Positions 28,807-32,000 of a stretch of 32,000 nucleotides of DNA are shown piece by piece (the stretch's first letter is position 1; every line of letters begins with the position of its first letter). Below the pieces are notes generated by a model. The model had not been told where the DNA came from. It did not search any database and worked only from the letters and a program-made list of their open reading frames with translations. Source of the stretch: Dickeya solani IPO 2222 (GTDB lineage Bacteria > Pseudomonadota > Gammaproteobacteria > Enterobacterales > Enterobacteriaceae); contig NZ_CP015137.1 of the NCBI RefSeq assembly GCF_001644705.1, positions 4,740,001-4,772,000 on the forward strand, written 5' to 3'. The translations under genes were made by a program, and so were the position numbers.

Positions 28807-29691
28807 TTATTTGAGGTACTCGCCTGCACGCAACGCTTCGATGCGTTTGTCCAGCGGCGGGTGCGACATGAACAGTTCGCTGAGGGACTTGGATTTTCCA
28901 TTGATGCAGAATGCCATCATGCTGCCCGCTTCCTGCGGCTCATAACTGGTTTTCAGCCGCTGCAATGCAGCAATCATCTTCTCACGCCCGACCAGTTTCG
29001 CTGAACCGGCATCGGCGTGGAACTCACGGTAACGGGAGAACCACATGGTAATGATGCTGGCCAGAATACCGAACAGCAGCTCCAGCACCATTGAAACCGC
29101 CATGTAAACCAACGGGTTGCCGTTACTGCTCTCTTCGCTGTCGTCACGATTGCCGGAAAGAAAACTGGTAACGATTTGCGCGATGATGCGGGAAATAAAG
29201 ATCACGAAAGTGTTCACCACGCCTTGCACCAGCGTCATCGTGACCATGTCACCGTTGGCGATGTGGCTGATTTCGTGAGCGATAACCGCTTCGGCCTCAT
29301 CTCGGCTCATGTTCTGCAACAGCCCGGTGCTAACCGCCACCAGCGAACTGTCACGGCGAGCGCCTGTCGCGAACGCATTAATATCGGGTGCATGGTAGAT
29401 AGCGACCTGCGGCATGGCGATCCCCACCTGCTGAGACTGAGTGCGCACCGTGTCCAGCAGCCAGCGCTCGGTTTCATCACGCGGTTGTTCAATCACCTCA
29501 CCGCCAACGGAGCGCAACGCCATCCATTTCGACATCAGCAGTGAAATAATCGACCCGCCAAAACCGAACAAGCCAGCCATGATAATCAAGCCCGTCATGC
29601 TGTTGTGCTGAACGCCCGTCAGACTAAGCACCAGTCCGAATACCACCATCACCGCCAGGTTGGTGAGCAGGAAAAGCGCAATACGCATCAT
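28807..29691 (-). CDS. htpX: membrane-bound zinc metalloprotease HtpX
   Basis: I trimmed the ORF-track start (29745) to the ATG at 29691 ([26 protein letters not shown]...). HEISH zinc motif present. Nearly colinear with E. coli HtpX. Confidence 0.95.
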   Translation of the reverse strand: MMRIALFLLTNLAVMVVFGLVLSLTGVQHNSMTGLIIMAGLFGFGGSIISLLMSKWMALRSVGGEVIEQPRDETERWLLDTVRTQSQQVGIAMPQVAIYHAPDINAFATGARRDSSLVAVSTGLLQNMSRDEAEAVIAHEISHIANGDMVTMTLVQGVVNTFVIFISRIIAQIVTSFLSGNRDDSEESSNGNPLVYMAVSMVLELLFGILASIITMWFSRYREFHADAGSAKLVGREKMIAALQRLKTSYEPQEAGSMMAFCINGKSKSLSELFMSHPPLDKRIEALRAGEYLK

Positions 29692-29799
29692 ATGATTCAG
29701 ATTTCCTCTTTCAGCAAAAGCAACAAAAGTGTTTGCAACACCCACATCGTATGGGTTACGCCGCCATTTTCAAGCATCCATAACCTTTATGTTACCAAA

Positions 29800-29814
29800 T
29801 TAACACAACTTTAC
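29800..29814 (-). promoter_or_regulatory. CpxR-like tandem pentamer upstream of htpX
   Basis: On the minus strand: GTAAA-GTTGT-GTTAA against the CpxR consensus GTAAA-N5-GTAAA. It lies about 110-125 nt upstream of the htpX ATG. Confidence 0.35.
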
Positions 29815-30146
29815 ATTTTTGTTGATGGTCTATCCGGGAAAAACAAGGAACGTTACCCATGCTGAGCGGACTGTTTGCAACTAAAGTCAACAGCAGGAAA
29901 TCTGATGTCGTTATGTTGTGAACCATGAAAGGACCTGACATATCCGCAGCTTGAGATGTAATAAAATATAATTCGCGTAATATTTGTTCTGAGCCGGCGA
30001 AAAACATCAATCAGCCTGACCTATCGCAAAGGACCGTATGCCCAGAGGCGATGCAACCAAACCAGCTTTGCCACGTCTTGCCAAAATATCGTGGCATCCA
30101 TGCGCATTTCCGCTGCTTAACAGAGGTCAGTTGCATCACAGTGATA

Positions 30147-32000
30147 TCACTGGACCAGTGGCGCATCCTCTAAACCCAGCAATTTTTCGAACTCCTCTGC
30201 CGGCATCGGCCGGCCAAACAGATAGCCTTGCGCCTGCTCACATCCTTTGTTGAGCAGTCTTTCACACTGCTCCTGTGTTTCCACCCCTTCGGCAATCACA
30301 TCCAGACCGAAGCTTTTTCCCAGATAGAGAATCGCGCGGACAATCGCCGCATCCGGAGCTGACTCACACATAGCGCGCACAAAGGTTTGATCGATCTTAA
30401 GCCGCGTGACCGGGTAATGCTTCAGCATGCTGAGTGACGCATAACCTGTGCCATAGTCGTCAAAAGCAATGCCGACGCCGCTGTTACGCAACTCATTGAG
30501 AGGTTTCATCATATTCTCGTCATGCCGCAATATGATGTTCTCCGTGATTTCCAGCTCCAGCGCGCCGGGTTTAAGACCAGTTTGCGTCAGGACTTCCTTG
30601 ATTTTCTGCGCCAGCATGCCGGAACGGAACTGGGCCGCGAACAGGTTGATACTGATACGAAAATTCCCCGCTCCGGACCGGCACCAGTCAGATGCCTGCT
30701 GACACGCGGACCGCACGACCCAGTCGCCAATGCGCTCCGCCCAAGGGCCACGCTCCAGCGCAGACATAAACGCAGCCGGCCCCAGCAGCCCTTTATAAGG
30801 ATGACGCCAGCGCAGCAACGCCTCAGCACCCACCACCTTACTGTTAACCAGGCTGACCTGAGGCTGATAAAACACCTCGAACTCCTCCTGTTCATACGCC
30901 CGGATGAATTCCAGCTGGAAAGCATGTCGAGCCTGAAACACTTCTCTCAGTTCGCGGGTAAAGAAGCGATAGCAATTACGCCCATCCGCCTTCGCCTGAT
31001 ATAACGCCAGATCGGCGCTGGTGAGCAGATCCTGCACGGTTGTTCCATGCGCCGGATACATGACCAGCCCGATGCTGGCGCTGGTGTTGATTTGTTTGTC
31101 ATCCACCGGCACAGCTTGCGAAATATCATAAATGATTTTTTCCGCCAGTGTTGCCACCTGTGACTCGTCATTCTGCTTCGGCAACAGAATCGCGAACTCG
31201 TCGCCCCCCATGCGGGCCACCAGATCGCCGGAACAAACATTATCCAGTAATCGTTTGGCGACGCTGGACAGAATCTCGTCGCCGCTGGCATGGCCGAGAC
31301 TGTCGTTGATATCCTTGAAGCCATCCAGGTCGATAATCATGATGGCGGTCGGCTCACCGTTTTTCAGCACCTGCTCCAGCGTGGAGGTAAGTAGTGTCCG
31401 GTTGGCCAGCCCGGTCAGCGGATCGCGGTGCGCCTGCAGAAACAATCGTTCTTCGTAACGTTGCCTTTCGGTGATATCACGCAGAATGATGCCGTAACGC
31501 GTCTGGTTGTTGTCATGCCACATTGATACCGTTAGTTCGGTTGGAATCAGGGTGCCGGGCAAGGCACGCGTTTCCAGTTCGATCGAGCTACCTTTGCATA
31601 TCGCAGTTTTGTCCGTCGCCAGATGATGCAATTGCACCACGAACATATCCGGCACGATAATGCTGATGTGTTCGCCAACAATCTGGTCACGACTGTATTC
31701 CAGCATTTTTTCTGCCGACTCGTTCCAGAAGGTAATCGTGCCCCTGTCGTTGACACAGAGGATGGCATCCGGCGAGGATTCGGCGATGCTCTCAAAGCGA
31801 GCCTGGCTGGCACGACGCGCCAGATCCAAACGCCGCATCTCTAGCTTGTCCATCACCAGCGCGGCAAAATCCTGCAAATTGTGCGCATCGCGGGCGCTAA
31901 GAGAAGATCGGGGCTTGTTATCAATAATGCATAACACACCGATAGGAAAGCCGCTCGGCGTCCGCAATGGGATACCGGCGTAAAAACGGATGTGCGGCTC
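30147..32000 (-). CDS. GAF-PAS-GGDEF-EAL c-di-GMP signalling protein, 5' end beyond the window
   Basis: The frame stays open past the track's TTG at 31967 to the window edge (EPHIRFYAGIPLRTPSGFPIGVLCIID is the end of a GAF domain). PAS region SPDAILCVNDRGTITFWN. GGDEF motif RMGGDEFAILL. EAL-domain motifs GAEALLRW, DDYGTGYASL, EGVET, QGYLFGRP. Confidence 0.9.
   Translation of the reverse strand, partial: EPHIRFYAGIPLRTPSGFPIGVLCIIDNKPRSSLSARDAHNLQDFAALVMDKLEMRRLDLARRASQARFESIAESSPDAILCVNDRGTITFWNESAEKMLEYSRDQIVGEHISIIVPDMFVVQLHHLATDKTAICKGSSIELETRALPGTLIPTELTVSMWHDNNQTRYGIILRDITERQRYEERLFLQAHRDPLTGLANRTLLTSTLEQVLKNGEPTAIMIIDLDGFKDINDSLGHASGDEILSSVAKRLLDNVCSGDLVARMGGDEFAILLPKQNDESQVATLAEKIIYDISQAVPVDDKQINTSASIGLVMYPAHGTTVQDLLTSADLALYQAKADGRNCYRFFTRELREVFQARHAFQLEFIRAYEQEEFEVFYQPQVSLVNSKVVGAEALLRWRHPYKGLLGPAAFMSALERGPWAERIGDWVVRSACQQASDWCRSGAGNFRISINLFAAQFRSGMLAQKIKEVLTQTGLKPGALELEITENIILRHDENMMKPLNELRNSGVGIAFDDYGTGYASLSMLKHYPVTRLKIDQTFVRAMCESAPDAAIVRAILYLGKSFGLDVIAEGVETQEQCERLLNKGCEQAQGYLFGRPMPAEEFEKLLGLEDAPLVQ

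Noticed and set aside
29792-30010. 72-aa minus-strand ORF in the htpX upstream spacer; also + strand ORFs at 29605-29865 and 30038-30253
   Set aside because: There is no RBS. These are AT-rich promoter DNA or overlap with htpX and the GGDEF-EAL gene, and they have no recognisable domains.

Overview
The window reads as chromosomal DNA from a soft-rot enterobacterium. I infer a Dickeya-like member of the Pectobacteriaceae from gene content only (pelW-togMNAB-kdgM-paeX, ogl, kdgR); no database search was possible. About 30 protein genes are present, and all resemble orthologues I recall from E. coli or Dickeya.

Layout:
- 1-634: ORF-poor leader.
- 635-2087: yniA (+) and yniB (-).
- 2342-13154: a roughly 10.8-kb pectin/oligogalacturonide catabolic block, kdgF(-), kduI, kduD, pelW, togM, togN, togA, togB, kdgM, paeX (all +). 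It occupies the slot that yniC fills in E. coli.
- 13232-18271: ydjM (with an SOS box), tcyP/ydjN, osmE(-), nadE, yddG, ygbA.
- 18290-25553, minus strand: the conserved ihfA-pheT-pheS-pheM-rplT-rpmI-infC-thrS translation cluster, with the pheM attenuator, the infC AUU start and a thrS operator-like hairpin.
- 25891-29691, minus strand: yebO, kdgR, ogl, htpX.
- 30147 to the window end: a 5'-truncated GAF-PAS-GGDEF-EAL gene.

Non-coding features I can support are KdgR-box-like palindromes in front of kdgF/kduI, pelW and ogl, an ERIC/IRU repeat between kduI and kduD, one LexA box, a 33-bp palindrome in front of ygbA, a CRP-like site, and about a dozen intrinsic terminators.

I found no tRNA, rRNA, CRISPR array, IS element, transposase, integrase, toxin-antitoxin pair or recognisable defence system. 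I do not see convincing evidence for an undescribed multi-gene system. The stretches the annotation leaves least explained are the 634-bp leader at the left edge (tandem imperfect repeat plus two back-to-back terminator-like hairpins, a possible sRNA locus), the roughly 290-bp thrS-yebO spacer, and the roughly 455-bp htpX/GGDEF-EAL spacer. All homology statements come from recollection of family sequences and need BLAST/HMM confirmation.
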